Assembly: GCA_963807635.1 (NCBI GenBank)
Contig: CAWEDJ010000022.1
Location: forward strand, 17,877 to 81,876
Source: an uncultured cyanobacterium
GTDB taxonomy: Bacteria; Cyanobacteriota; Cyanobacteriia; Cyanobacteriales; Microcystaceae
Direction: 5' to 3'
DNA: 64,000 bases
Shown here: positions 1 to 10,887 of the stretch, piece after piece
Layout of the letters: every line of letters begins with the position of its first letter
Numbering within the stretch: the stretch's first letter is position 1
Program-made: the position numbers and the translations under genes
Notes under the pieces: generated by a model
Told to the model about the DNA's origin: nothing
The model's database searches: none
Seen by the model: only the letters and a program-made list of their open reading frames with translations

Positions 1-552
1 TCATCCAAACCTTCTCGGATCGTGGTCACAAAACCATCCATCATTCCCGACGGCGCGATAATATCAACCCCTGCTTTAGCCTGGGAAACCGCCGTTTTTT
101 TCAATAATTCCAAAGTCGGATCATTCAGACACTCGCCCTGTTAGATCTCCTGTTTGCAAATAACCACAATGGCCATGACTGGTATATTCACACAAACAAG
201 TATCCGCAATCACCACTAAATCAGGAACCGCATTTTTGACCGCCGTTGCCGCTTTTTGGACAATCCCACAATCATGCCAAGCTCCCGTTGCCTCTGTATC
301 CTTGTCTTCGGGAATACCGAATAAAATAATGGCGGGAATGCCGAGATCATAGACCTGTTTGGCTTCTTCAACGATTTTGTCCACCGACAACTGATAAACC
401 CCTGGCATGGATTTAACTTCCTTGGCGACACTTTCTCCAGGGACAGCAAACAGAGGATAAATCAGATCACTAGCAGTCAAGACTGTTTCCCGCACCATAC
501 GACGTAGCGGAACAGATTGGCGGAGGCGACGGGGGCGAGTAATCGGAAACAT
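1..552 (-). CDS. hemB: Porphobilinogen synthase (ALA dehydratase), 5' part; frameshift ~130, runs off the window start
   Basis: [13 protein letters not shown]...[14 protein letters not shown]; continues in another frame as [32 protein letters not shown]. Confidence 0.97.
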
Positions 553-800
553 GGTCTTTTGGTGTGATTAATGTTTGTTGACTAAAAGCCCCATTCTAGG
601 GCGATCGCGACTTACTCTTGCGAGTTACTTAACCTTTTGTAATCTAATGTTGAATGTCTAAAAGAATGAAAATAGCCTCTAATTACCCGAAAATGCTTGA
701 TTTTGGATAAAGTTTTACGATATAGTTAGGAGTATGAATCCGTATTTTTCCTTCATTTTTTTAATCAACTTCAAACTTAAACCACGCGATCGCAAATCCT

Positions 801-1228
801 ATGAATTTATGCCGTCTGATTTATAGTAGCTATGCTAGTCCTGATACTGGCTATGAAGACTTAAAAGACATTATGGAAAAATCTGAACGAAATAATCGAC
901 GTGATGGACTGACAGGAGTACTTTGTTACGGAGATTCCATGTTTTTACAAGTTTTAGAAGGAAATCGCAAAATTGTCAGTAAAACGTACCACCGTATTGC
1001 AACAGATAAACGCCATCACACTCCTGCGCTGATCGAATGTGTTGCGGACGAAGTCGTCTATTTCAAAGTTGGTCAATGCAAGCCGTCAAATTAGTGGACT
1101 TAAATGCAGAAGAGGTTAGACAATTAATTTTGCAATATTCGGATACCACTACTTTTCAACCTGATTTGATGACTGCCCAACAATGCCTTAAATTCATCTA
1201 CAAATTATCCGAACTTAAGAAGAAATAA
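801..1228 (+). CDS. pixD: BLUF blue-light photoreceptor, PixD-like; frameshift ~1050 joins ORFs 801-1094 and 1037-1228
   Basis: RLIYSS...NN...GLTGVLCY...FLQVLEG and F..WSM BLUF motifs; C-terminal helices like Slr1694. Confidence 0.85.
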
Positions 1229-1256
1229 GCTGTTAATTATCTAAAACACATACAGG

Positions 1257-1276
1257 CAAGGGGCTTAAGCCCCTTG
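1257..1276. repeat. Perfect 20-bp palindrome CAAGGGGCTTAAGCCCCTTG (dispersed REP-like repeat or terminator)
   Basis: Read directly, 28 bp downstream of the pixD stop. Confidence 0.75.
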
Positions 1277-1359
1277 TTAAGATACTTTCAGCAAAATTAT
1301 TATGCAATCTAAATTTTTAACACCTTAAAGCAATTAACTTAATTAAAATCATTGGTCTA

Positions 1360-2271
1360 GGACGTGTCATCAATTAGGGGGGTTGACATCAGTGACAAAT
1401 AATGCATAGAGTATCAAGTGACAAAATAAATATTGAAGAGAGATGTGAATATGACAAGACGTTATGCTTTACGAGATGACCAATGGGAAAGAATCAAAGA
1501 TCTATTGCCTGGAAAACAGGGAGATGTGGGAGTAACGGCTAAAGATAATCGTTTATTTGTCGAAGCTGTATTATATCGATATAGAGCAGGAATTCCTTGG
1601 AGAGACTTGCCCGAAAGGTTTGGAGATTTTCGAGTGATTCACACGCGCTTTACGCGATGGACGAAATCAGGAGTGTGGGAAAAGGTATTTAAGCATTTAG
1701 CAGAGGAAGCCGATAATGAATACGCAATGATAGATGCAACGATTGTGAGAGCGCATCAACACAGCGCAGGAGCAAAAAACAGTAGTGCAGAGGAAGAAGA
1801 CATAGGAAAGAGTAAAGGAGGATTAAGTACGAAAATCCATACAGTAGTGGACGCATTGGGGAATCCGGTCTCTTTTTTTCTAACACCAGGTCAAGCTTGT
1901 GATTTAGACGGAGCAGATGTTTTGCTGCCGAACGTGGAAGCAGAGGCAATGCTAGGGGACAAAGCCTATGATGCAGACGAAAGAGTCATTAAGGTTTTAG
2001 AAGAAAGAGGGATAACGCCTGTGATACCTTCGAAAAGTAATCGAAAAGAACCTCGCCCTTATGATACCTTTTTGTATAAAGCCCGCCACTTAGTCGAAAA
2101 CTTCTTTGCGAAACTCAAACAATATCGTGCTCTTGCGACTCGTTACGACAAGCGCTCAGCCAATTTTCTGGGTGGCATTTATCTGGCAGCATCAGTTATA
2201 TGGTTAGCGTAGCCCAACTTGATCAACATAATTGTCCACCAATGTCAAGTGGCTTAATTGATGACACGCCC
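1360..2271 (+). mobile_element. IS5-family (IS427/IS1031-like) insertion sequence
   Basis: TIRs GGACGTGTCATCAATTA / TAATTGATGACACGCCC (1 mismatch), each flanked by CTAG (TA/CTAG target). Confidence 0.92.
1451..2212 (+). CDS. IS5-family DDE transposase, single ORF
   Basis: DUF4096-type N-terminus (GIPWRDLPERFG), IDATIVRAHQHSAGA, GDKAYD, RHLVENFFAKLKQYRALATRYDK. Confidence 0.95.
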   Translation: MTRRYALRDDQWERIKDLLPGKQGDVGVTAKDNRLFVEAVLYRYRAGIPWRDLPERFGDFRVIHTRFTRWTKSGVWEKVFKHLAEEADNEYAMIDATIVRAHQHSAGAKNSSAEEEDIGKSKGGLSTKIHTVVDALGNPVSFFLTPGQACDLDGADVLLPNVEAEAMLGDKAYDADERVIKVLEERGITPVIPSKSNRKEPRPYDTFLYKARHLVENFFAKLKQYRALATRYDKRSANFLGGIYLAASVIWLA

Positions 2272-2334
2272 TAGTAATTGAGGAGAAACTTTCACTTTTA
2301 CTAGGCTTTTTTTTGATAGATTTTTCTTGGAAAT

Positions 2335-3160
2335 TTAATGTCCATCACAATGATCAGAGAAAACTCGATGGGGTAAACCATGACTAATTAAATCCACAGG
2401 GCATTGATAGGCTTCTTCTAACATCGTTTGAGTGAGTAACTTTTCTCCGTGATAATGCAAACGCCGATTCAGACAACCGACAGTTTTAACATAACGGGCG
2501 ATCGCACCTACGTCATGGGAAATCATCAAAATCGTGATCCATTGATTCAGTTCTTCCAACAGAGTATAGATACTGGTTCTAATTTGCGGATCGACACTCG
2601 CTGTCGGTTCATCCAAAATCAAAATCCTGGGTTCCGTCGCCAAGGCTCTAGCAATATAAACCCGTTGCCGTTGACCCCCCGACAACTCCCCGATCACTCG
2701 ATGACGCAAAGGATAAAGATCAACGAGATTTAAAACCTCTGCCACTTTTTCTTCGTCTTGACGTTGATAGGGCTGAAATAAACGCCGCTTTCCCAAACAG
2801 CCCATTTTCACCACATCCCAAACATTAATCGGAAAAGAGTGATCGCTATTGACAAATTGGGGAACATAACCAATATATTTTCGGACCTTGTTCAATCGAT
2901 TTTCCTAAAACTTTGATCTCTCCTTTTGCAGGTTTATGAAGTCCCAATAGAACTTTTAAAAGGGTTGTTTTGCCGCCCCCATTGGGGCCAATAATGCCAA
3001 TAAAATCTAATTCTTTGACCGATAAATTAATATCTTCCAACACCATATCATGACCATAGGCCGCCCATAAATGACGAATAGAAATAATTTCTGGGGGGTC
3101 AGTTTTTGTCTTTGATAAGGGCGTTTTAGTTTGGTGGGGAAGAAAGCTCATTATTTTCAC
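2335..3160 (-). CDS. znuC: Zn/Mn ABC transporter ATP-binding protein; frameshift ~2895
   Basis: GPNGGGKTT Walker A, LSGGQRQR, ILILDEPT; C-terminal His/Cys; downstream of znuA. Confidence 0.9.
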
Positions 3161-3165
3161 TTTGA

Positions 3166-4098
3166 TTATTTTTTTGGGAGTTCCGTCGCCAAAGTTTGAC
3201 TCACTTGACGCAAATTATTTAACCAGTCGGGACTAAAACCGTTGATGGGAATCACTTTTGCCCCGATTTCTTGGGCGATCGCCTGGGCAGTTTGGGGACT
3301 AAATTCAGGTTGGCTAAAAATCACTTTAATCTTATTTGCCTTAGCTTTCTTAATAATATCTCCTAACTCCCCCGCACTGGGTTCATTTCCTTCTACTTCG
3401 ATCGCGATCATACTTAGATTATAATCTTTAGCAAAATAGCCCCACTCAGGATGAAAAACCATAAAAGTTCTATTTTTCAAGGGGGTTAATTGTTGACGAA
3501 TTTCCTGGTCTAAACTGTCAATTTCTTTGATGAATCGGTCTAAATTTGCTTGATATTCAACCTGATGTTTCGGATCAATTTTAACTAGAGATTGAAAAAT
3601 CGTTTGCGCCTGTTGTTTAACCCGTTGGGGCGATAACCAAATATGAGAATCGAGGGTTTCGCCTTCCTCTGAATGGTTCTCATGTTCATGGGCGACCATT
3701 GGTAACTTCTGAACCCCCTGACTGGTATCCACAATATTTAACTGATTATTTGCCGCTAATAATCGGGGTAGCCAGGCCTTTTCTAAGTCGCCACCGATGC
3801 TAAAATACGCCTTTGAACTGGCTAGAGAGCGCATTTGCTCAGGTTTGGGTTCGTAGGTATGGGGATCAACCCCTGTCTGCACCATGACGTTGACCTTAAC
3901 GCGATCGCCGCCAATCCGTTCAACAAAATATTTTTGGGGTTCGATGCTAACCGTGACGGGAATTTTATTAATTTTGTTAGTCTTATCAATTTGATCAGTT
4001 GATTGAGTTTGTTGAGTGCCAGGAGCGGGACGACAAGCGGTGAGGGAAGTTGTCCCCAGCATCAGGGCAATTAGAGCAACTCGTAAAACAATCGACAT
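3166..4098 (-). CDS. znuA: Zinc ABC transporter substrate-binding lipoprotein
   Basis: Lipobox LTAC, DPHTYEP, His-rich loop, DSHIWLSP, FHPEWGYFA. Confidence 0.92.
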   Translation of the reverse strand: MSIVLRVALIALMLGTTSLTACRPAPGTQQTQSTDQIDKTNKINKIPVTVSIEPQKYFVERIGGDRVKVNVMVQTGVDPHTYEPKPEQMRSLASSKAYFSIGGDLEKAWLPRLLAANNQLNIVDTSQGVQKLPMVAHEHENHSEEGETLDSHIWLSPQRVKQQAQTIFQSLVKIDPKHQVEYQANLDRFIKEIDSLDQEIRQQLTPLKNRTFMVFHPEWGYFAKDYNLSMIAIEVEGNEPSAGELGDIIKKAKANKIKVIFSQPEFSPQTAQAIAQEIGAKVIPINGFSPDWLNNLRQVSQTLATELPKK

Positions 4099-4120
4099 GG
4101 GCAGGAATCCAAAACAAGAT

Positions 4121-4135
4121 TGATAATCATTCTCA
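4121..4135. promoter_or_regulatory. Zur (Fur-family) box upstream of znuA
   Basis: TGATAATCATTCTCA matches the cyanobacterial Zur 7-1-7 consensus TGATAATnATTATCA with 1 mismatch, 22 bp upstream of znuA. Confidence 0.85.
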
Positions 4136-4337
4136 TTTTATTCTAAACCACTTATGTCTGATCTCCGAATCCGCGTTGCCGAAGATGTCTGCTGTCACGT
4201 GAAGTTCTCCAGCAAAATTGAGCGAGATACTTCACAATATCAATAGGCGCGATCGCCTACCCGCGAAAGTTACCTAGATTACAATTCGCGATCGCTGAAA
4301 AAGCATAGACTTTAATACAACCTACTCACCTGCAACC

Positions 4338-7300
4338 ATGACAGACAACACTTCCAAGCCTTCCCTCAATCCCTTCCTTGGTCAACCCTGGCTCGTCGAA
4401 GAACGCGATGCCTGTGGAGTTGGTTTTATTGCTGATGTCAAAGGTCAAACCAGTCACAAGCTCGTTCAACAAGCCCTCAAAGCCTTGGGATGCTTAGAAC
4501 ATCGGGGCGGTTGTAGTGCAGACAGCGATTCGGGCGATGGAGCGGGGATCATGACAGGGATTCCCAGGGAGCTTTTGGAACGCTGGTTTACTCAACGTGA
4601 TCTAACCATGCCAGCAGTAGAACAATTGGGGGTAGGCATGGTCTTTTTACCCCAGGAACCCAGTGCCAGGGAAGTGGCAAAAGGTTATGTCGAAGAAGTG
4701 ATCAGAGCCGAACAGTTAACGGTATTGGGCTGGCGAGAAGTCCCCGTTAAACCCGAAGTATTGGGCATCCAGGCCCGCAATAATCAACCCCACATGGAAC
4801 AAATTTTGGTAACTTGTCCAACGGGTTGCTCAGGGGATGAATTGGATCGCCGTTTATATATTGCCCGTTCAACGGTGGGAAAAAAATTAGCCGATGATTT
4901 TTATATTTGTTCCTTTTCCTGCCGCACTATTGTTTATAAAGGCATGGTTCGCAGTGTAGTTTTGGGAGAATTTTATTTAGATCTCCAAAATCCTGCTTAT
5001 CAGAGTAATTTTGCCGTATATCACCGCCGTTTTAGCACCAACACCATGCCCAAATGGCCCCTTGCCCAACCCATGCGTTTATTGGGTCATAACGGTGAAA
5101 TTAATACGCTTTTAGGCAATATCAACTGGATGACTGCCAGGGAAAGAAATTTACGGGCAAAAGGTTGGACAAAGGAAGAATTACAATCCCTAACTCCGAT
5201 TGTGAATAACGCTAATAGCGATTCTTACAATTTAGATAGTGTGATGGAAGTTTTAGTCAGAACGGGTCGTAGCCCCCTGGAAGCGGCCATGATTCTCGTG
5301 CCAGAAGCCTATCAAAATCAACCCGATCTCAAAGATCATCCTGAAATTGTTGACTTTTATGAATATTACAGTGGTTTCCAAGAACCCTGCGGACGGCCCC
5401 GCCTTATTAGTCTTTAGTGACGGAAAAACCGTTGGGGCTGGTTTAGACCGTAATGGCCTGCGTCCCGCTCGTTATAGCATCACCAAGGACGGTTATGTAG
5501 TCGTTTCCTCCGAAGCAGGAGTGGTAGATTTACCCGAAGCAGAAATTATTGAAAAAGGTCGTTTGGCTCCAGGTCAAATGATCGCCGTAGATTTACAAAA
5601 TAAAGAAATTCTCAAAAACTGGGAAATTAAAGAGCGGATTGCTAAAAAAAATCCCTACGGCGAATGGATTGCCAGTCATCGTCAGGGGATTCGCTCGGAA
5701 CTTTTTTCTGAAGAAACTTTGTTTGAGAATGCAGAGACAGTTTTACAACAACAAACGGCCTTTGGTTGCACCGCAGAAGATCTGGAAATGGTGATTATTT
5801 CGATGGCAACCCAGGGCAAAGAGCCGACTTTTTGTATGGGGGATGACACACCCCTGGCGATCCTCTCCAGTAAACCGCGATTGCTCTACGACTACTTTAA
5901 ACAACGATTTGCTCAGGTAACGAATCCTCCCATTGATCCTTTACGGGAAAGTCTGGTAATGTCTCTCAATATGTCTTTGGGAGAACGGGGTAAATTATTA
6001 GAACCCAAGCCTGAATCAGCAAAGTTATTACGCTTAGAGAGTCCCTTTCTCAATGAATTAGAGTTAGCGGAAGTTAAAGCTTCTGGGTTAGACTGCACTG
6101 AACTTTCAACGTTATTTGAGATAGAAACAGGCCCCGATGGATTAGAAAAAGCCTTGGCTAATTTGGTTCAAATGGCCACAGATGCGGTTAATTCTGGTGC
6201 AAAGATTTTGATTTTAAGCGATCGCCCTAACAATCAAACCCTAAGCGAAACTTCTAGTTTTATTCCGCCTCTTTTAGCAGTAGGAGCCGTCCATCATCAC
6301 CTGATTCGGGAAGGATTACGTTTACAAGCTTCTTTAGTTGTCGATACCGCCCAGTGTTGGAGTACCCATCATTTTGCTTGTTTGATTGGTTACGGTGCAT
6401 CAGCGATTTGTCCCTATTTGGCCTTAGAATCCGTGCGTCAGTGGTGGCATGATCCCAGAACGCAGAACTTGATGGAAAATGGCAAAATTGATAAAATTGC
6501 CCTACCGAAAGCCCTAGTGAACTACCGTAAATCAGTGGAAGCGGGTTTACTGAAAATTCTATCCAAAATGGGAATTTCTCTGTTGGCTTCCTATCACGGG
6601 GCGCAAATTTTTGAGGCGATCGGTCTAGGGCCTGAATTAGTGGAATTAGCCTTTGCAGGAACCACCAGTCGAGTCGGCGGCTTAAATCTATCAGAAGTTG
6701 CTCAAGAGGTGATGACCTTCCATGCCAAGGCTTTCCCTAGTTTGACGACGAAAAAACTGGAAAACTACGGTTTTGTGAATTACCGTCCGAGTGGGGAATA
6801 TCACATGAATTCTCCCGCAATGTCCAAGGCTTTACATAAGGCTGTTCAGACGTTTCGATCCCCCCTAACCCCCCTTGATAAGGGGGGCAACGAAGAAGCT
6901 TATAACCACTATGAAGTTTATCGCAAGCATCTAGAAGGTCGTCCTGTAACTGCTTTGCGAGATTTATTAGACTTGAATTCTGACCGTGACTCCATTCCCC
7001 TGGAAGAAGTTGAATCTGTCGAAAATATTGTTAAACGCTTTTGTACAGGCGGAATGTCCCTCGGTGCATTGTCCCGTGAAGCCCATGAAACTCTGGCGAT
7101 CGCCATGAATCGATTGGGAGCCAAATCCAACTCAGGGGAGGGGGAGAAGATCCTGTTCGTTATTTAACGCTGGATGATGTGGATAGCGAAGGAAATTCGG
7201 CAACATTGCCCCATTTAAAAGGATTACGCAATGGAGACACGGCCAACTCTGCCATTAAACAAATCGCATCAGGACGCTTTGGGGTAACGCCTGAATATTT

Positions 7301-8993
7301 GATGAGTGGGCAACAGCTAGAAATTAAGATGGCTCAAGGGGCAAAACCTGGGGAAGGGGGACAATTGCCTGGCCCGAAAGTGAGTTCCTATATTGCCATG
7401 TTGCGCCGTTCTAAAGCAGGAGTAACCCTCATTTCTCCGCCTCCCCACCATGATATTTACTCCATTGAAGATTTAGCGCAATTAATCTTTGATTTACACC
7501 AGATTAATCCCGTTGCTCAAGTTTCCGTTAAACTCGTGGCTGAAATCGGCATCGGCACGATCGCGGCAGGAGTCGCCAAAGCTAACGCAGACATCATCCA
7601 AATTTCAGGCCATGACGGCGGAACAGGAGCTTCACCCTTGAGTTCCATCAAACACGCGGGATCGCCTTGGGAATTGGGTGTTACCGAAGTTCATCGAGTG
7701 TTAGTGGAAAATCAACTCCGCGATCGCGTTTTATTACGGGCTGATGGCGGTCTGAAAACGGGTTGGGATGTGTTGATGGCGGCCTTAATGGGAGCCGAGG
7801 AATTTGGCTTTGGTTCCGTTGCCATGATCGCCGAAGGTTGCATTATGGCGCGGGTTTGCCATACCAATAATTGTCCCGTCGGGGTGGCGACTCAACAGGA
7901 ACGGTTACGCGCTCGGTTTAGTGGCGTTCCTGAAAATGTGGTCAATTTCTTCTATTTCATCGCCCAGGAATTGCGATCGCTCCTCGCCCACCTCGGTTAT
8001 CGCAGTTTAAATGATGTCATTGGCCGTGCCGATTTATTAAAGGTGCGATCGGGTATCAATTTGACCAAAACCCACGCGCTGAACCTAGATTGTCTGCTCA
8101 ATCTGCCCAACGTCAAAGAACATCGAGCATGGCTAAATCATGAAAAAGTCCACAGTAATGGCCCCGTTTTAGATGATGAAATTCTAGCTGATATCGACAT
8201 TCAAGAAGCCTTGACCCATCAAACTCAGGTGTTCAAAAGCTATAAGTTGGTTAATACCGATCGCTCGGTGGGAACTCGTCTAGCAGGAGAAATTGCGAAA
8301 CGCTACGGCAACAATGGTTTTGAAGGAGAAATTACCCTCAATTTCCAAGGTGCGGCGGGTCAAAGTTTTGGAGCTTTTAATATCAACGGTGTCACCCTCC
8401 ATTTGCAAGGAGAAGCCAATGATTATGTGGGTAAAGGCATGAACGGCGGCGAAATTGTCATTCTTCCCCCCAAAGATGCAGGATATGCCCCTGAAGATAA
8501 CGTGATTATCGGTAATACCTGTCTCTATGGTTCAACGGGCGGTAAACTGTTTGCGAATGGTCAGGCGGGAGAGCGGTTTGCTGTGCGGAATTCTCTCGGT
8601 CAAGCGGTCATTGAAGGGGCAGGCGATCACTGTTGCGAATATATGACAGGCGGTGTCGTCGTTGTTCTCGGTAAAGTCGGGCGGAATGTGGGAGCAGGAA
8701 TGACGGGGGGATTGGCTTATTTTCTGGATGAAGATAACAGTTTGCCCGAAAAAATCAATTCTGAAATCATCAAACTTCAACGGGTAATTGCGATCGCGGG
8801 TGAGGAGCAATTGAAGTCGTTAATTGTGTCTCATGTTGAACATACGGGCAGTCCTAAAGGTAAGCGTATTTTAGCGAATTGGACTGACTATTTAGGTAAG
8901 TTCTGGCAAGCGGTTCCCCCTTCGGAAGCAAGTTCACCAGAGGCTAATCCTGATGCTATTTTAGCGGAGGAGAAAACTTTAGCCTCGGTTTAG
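4338..8993 (+). CDS. glsF: Ferredoxin-dependent glutamate synthase; frameshifts ~5390 and ~7140
   Basis: [10 protein letters not shown]-terminal GATase, [47 protein letters not shown] domain; no gltD alongside. Confidence 0.95.
6859..6888. repeat. C/G-rich palindromic dispersed repeat inserted in frame in glsF
   Basis: TCCCCCCTAACCCCCCTTGATAAGGGGGGC encodes [10 protein letters not shown]. Confidence 0.7.
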
Positions 8994-9018
8994 TTGATTA
9001 GTTTGTTTACGAATATTT

Positions 9019-9047
9019 AAGGGAGGCTGTTTAGTCTTCCCTTTTTA
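9019..9047 (+). terminator. Rho-independent terminator of glsF
   Basis: AAGGGAGGCT-gttt-AGTCTTCCCTT followed by a T-run. Confidence 0.75.
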
Positions 9048-9188
9048 TTTTATGGTTGCTATAATGATTCACAATATCTATGATGCTGGCGCGTTGCATT
9101 TCGTCTCTCCCCTATACGGCTGGCAATTAGACTGTGTTCCTGGTTCAAATCATATTAAGTTCACAACACAGCGAGGAACTATTAAACA

Positions 9189-9683
9189 ATGAATATGTAC
9201 TTAAGTAATGGCTTTGACAAATCGATTAAAGAACTCTTTTTAAGGCTAGTTTCTTTAATCTGTATTGTATTGATGTTATGGGTGTCTCCATTGCCTGCAT
9301 TAGCTGAAGAAACTATGCAGATAGAACAAAACGCTACTGGCAACATAATAAACCACTTTAATGAAGGCCCCTCAAAAGAGGCTCTAGTCGGCGCACTTGC
9401 TGGTACTGCGGCTGGTACTGCCGCTGGGGCTGTTGGCTCGATAGCTTTTGTCTCTGCGGCTGGTACTGCTGGACTTAGTGCAGCAGGTCTGACTTCTGGT
9501 TTGGCCGCACTAGGCACGATTGCGGGTGGTGGCATGGCCGCTGGACTTACTGTAGCCGCCGCCTTACCTGTTCTTGGGGCAGTTGCTGTCGGTGGTGCTA
9601 CTTATGGTGCTGTCAGTTTAGTTCAAAGATTTTTTAACGAATCAAAAGATTCAAAACAAGAGAATAGTGAATCACAAAAGTAA
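9189..9683 (+). CDS. Exported/membrane Gly-Ala-rich glycine-zipper protein
   Basis: Signal peptide (PALA|EE), long GA-rich hydrophobic stretch (GLSAAGLTSGLAALG..GGGMAAG). Confidence 0.7.
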   Translation: MNMYLSNGFDKSIKELFLRLVSLICIVLMLWVSPLPALAEETMQIEQNATGNIINHFNEGPSKEALVGALAGTAAGTAAGAVGSIAFVSAAGTAGLSAAGLTSGLAALGTIAGGGMAAGLTVAAALPVLGAVAVGGATYGAVSLVQRFFNESKDSKQENSESQK

Positions 9684-9697
9684 ATAGGATTTTAAGT

Positions 9698-10159
9698 ATG
9701 TTTCTTTCTAAAACTCTCAGGATATTTCTTATCTCTATTGTTGTTATAGTGACTTTTTTAATATATCCACAAACGTCTAGCGCATTAAGAATTGAGCATC
9801 TTGAGCAACATGCAAGAGGAAACATTATAAACTGTACAAATACAAATATTTTTGGACAAAGTTCTTGTATCCAAGATGCATCAAGTAAAAGATCAGAGTC
9901 TGTAACTTTGATTCAACAAAAAGAAGGCTCAGGCCAGAGTTTAGATAAAAATCTAATTCCCCCTCATAAAGTCAATGCAGAAAACACCATAAAAACTGAC
10001 AAGATAAACAGCTTACCTGTAGGAGTTGTTGGCTCATTGGCTGTAATTAGTGGAGTGACTCCTGTTTATTTCGTAACAAAAAGACTTTTTGAAAAAAAAG
10101 AAATAAAAGGATTAAAAGAAAGAATTGAAGTGATAGAAACTATCGTTACCAAAGAATAG
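9698..10159 (+). CDS. Hypothetical exported protein with C-terminal TM helix
   Basis: N-terminal signal/TM, C-terminal hydrophobic helix then basic tail; 14 bp after the previous gene. Confidence 0.6.
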   Translation: MFLSKTLRIFLISIVVIVTFLIYPQTSSALRIEHLEQHARGNIINCTNTNIFGQSSCIQDASSKRSESVTLIQQKEGSGQSLDKNLIPPHKVNAENTIKTDKINSLPVGVVGSLAVISGVTPVYFVTKRLFEKKEIKGLKERIEVIETIVTKE

Positions 10160-10234
10160 ATTTGATTGCTTGGAACATATTCCTAATAAGCACGCTACTT
10201 TTTCTTACTTGAATAACTCTTTAACCACATTAAA

Positions 10235-10582
10235 AAAATCATTGGAACCTCCTTTGAAGTCCATAAATTCCTCGGTAACGGCTTCCAAGAAGTCATCTAT
10301 CAACGCGCCCTACAGTATGAAATGCACCAAGCAGGCTTAACTTTTCAGCGTGAAATAGAACAATCTATTTATTACAAAGACTTACCCCAACCCATTGGAA
10401 CTCGTCGGGCAGATTTCGTCGTAGAAGATTAAGTATTAGTCGAGCTAAAAGCCGTTATCCAGTTAGAAGATGTCCATCTTGCCCAAGCATTAAACTACCT
10501 AAAAGTGTATAAATTAGAAGTCGGATTATTGATCAACTTTGGCAGTAAAAGTCTAACCTTTAAACGATTAATTAGAACCTAG
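10235..10582 (+). pseudogene. GxxExxY (PDDEXK_3) nuclease-family pseudogene
   Basis: Manual translation KIIGTSFEVHKFLGNGFQEVIYQRAL...RADFVVED*VLVELKA...LNYLK...GLLINFG; internal TAA at 10430; no start codon seen. Confidence 0.88.
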
Positions 10583-10691
10583 AACGCGGATTAAGACAGA
10601 TTTTAGGATTACATAGATTGCAGTTATAATTTTCAATCAACGTAATCAAAAAAAATCCGAGAAATCAGCGTAATCCATTCAATCCGTGTTC
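10582..10691. repeat. Long imperfect inverted repeat with ~9-nt periodic GATT/AATC units
   Basis: GAACGCGGATT... vs ...AATCCGTGTTC; recurring GATT on the left arm and AATC on the right arm. Confidence 0.7.
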
Positions 10692-10887
10692 CTGGTGAAT
10701 AAGTGGCGATCCTAAAATCGGGTGATGAACCTTTATCCAGCCCCAAACCGATGATTGCAAATAGCGTAAATACTTCACAGCGATCGCTTAAAACATCAAC
10801 ATCGGTACAATGGCTTGATTCATCATGGTAGTAAAACGTTGGCCAGATGGAATGCTAAATTAAGTAATCCTCTTACTGGAGTCTTGT

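Noticed and set aside
1770..1782. Slippery A-runs in the IS5 (and IS630, ~62198-62206) transposases reading in frame
   Set aside because: Single-ORF variants are known and homopolymer lengths are unreliable in this assembly
4338..8993. Genuinely split glsF or programmed frameshifting in core genes
   Set aside because: Breaks fall inside conserved motifs (EPWDGP, GEGGEDP) and match the window-wide indel noise
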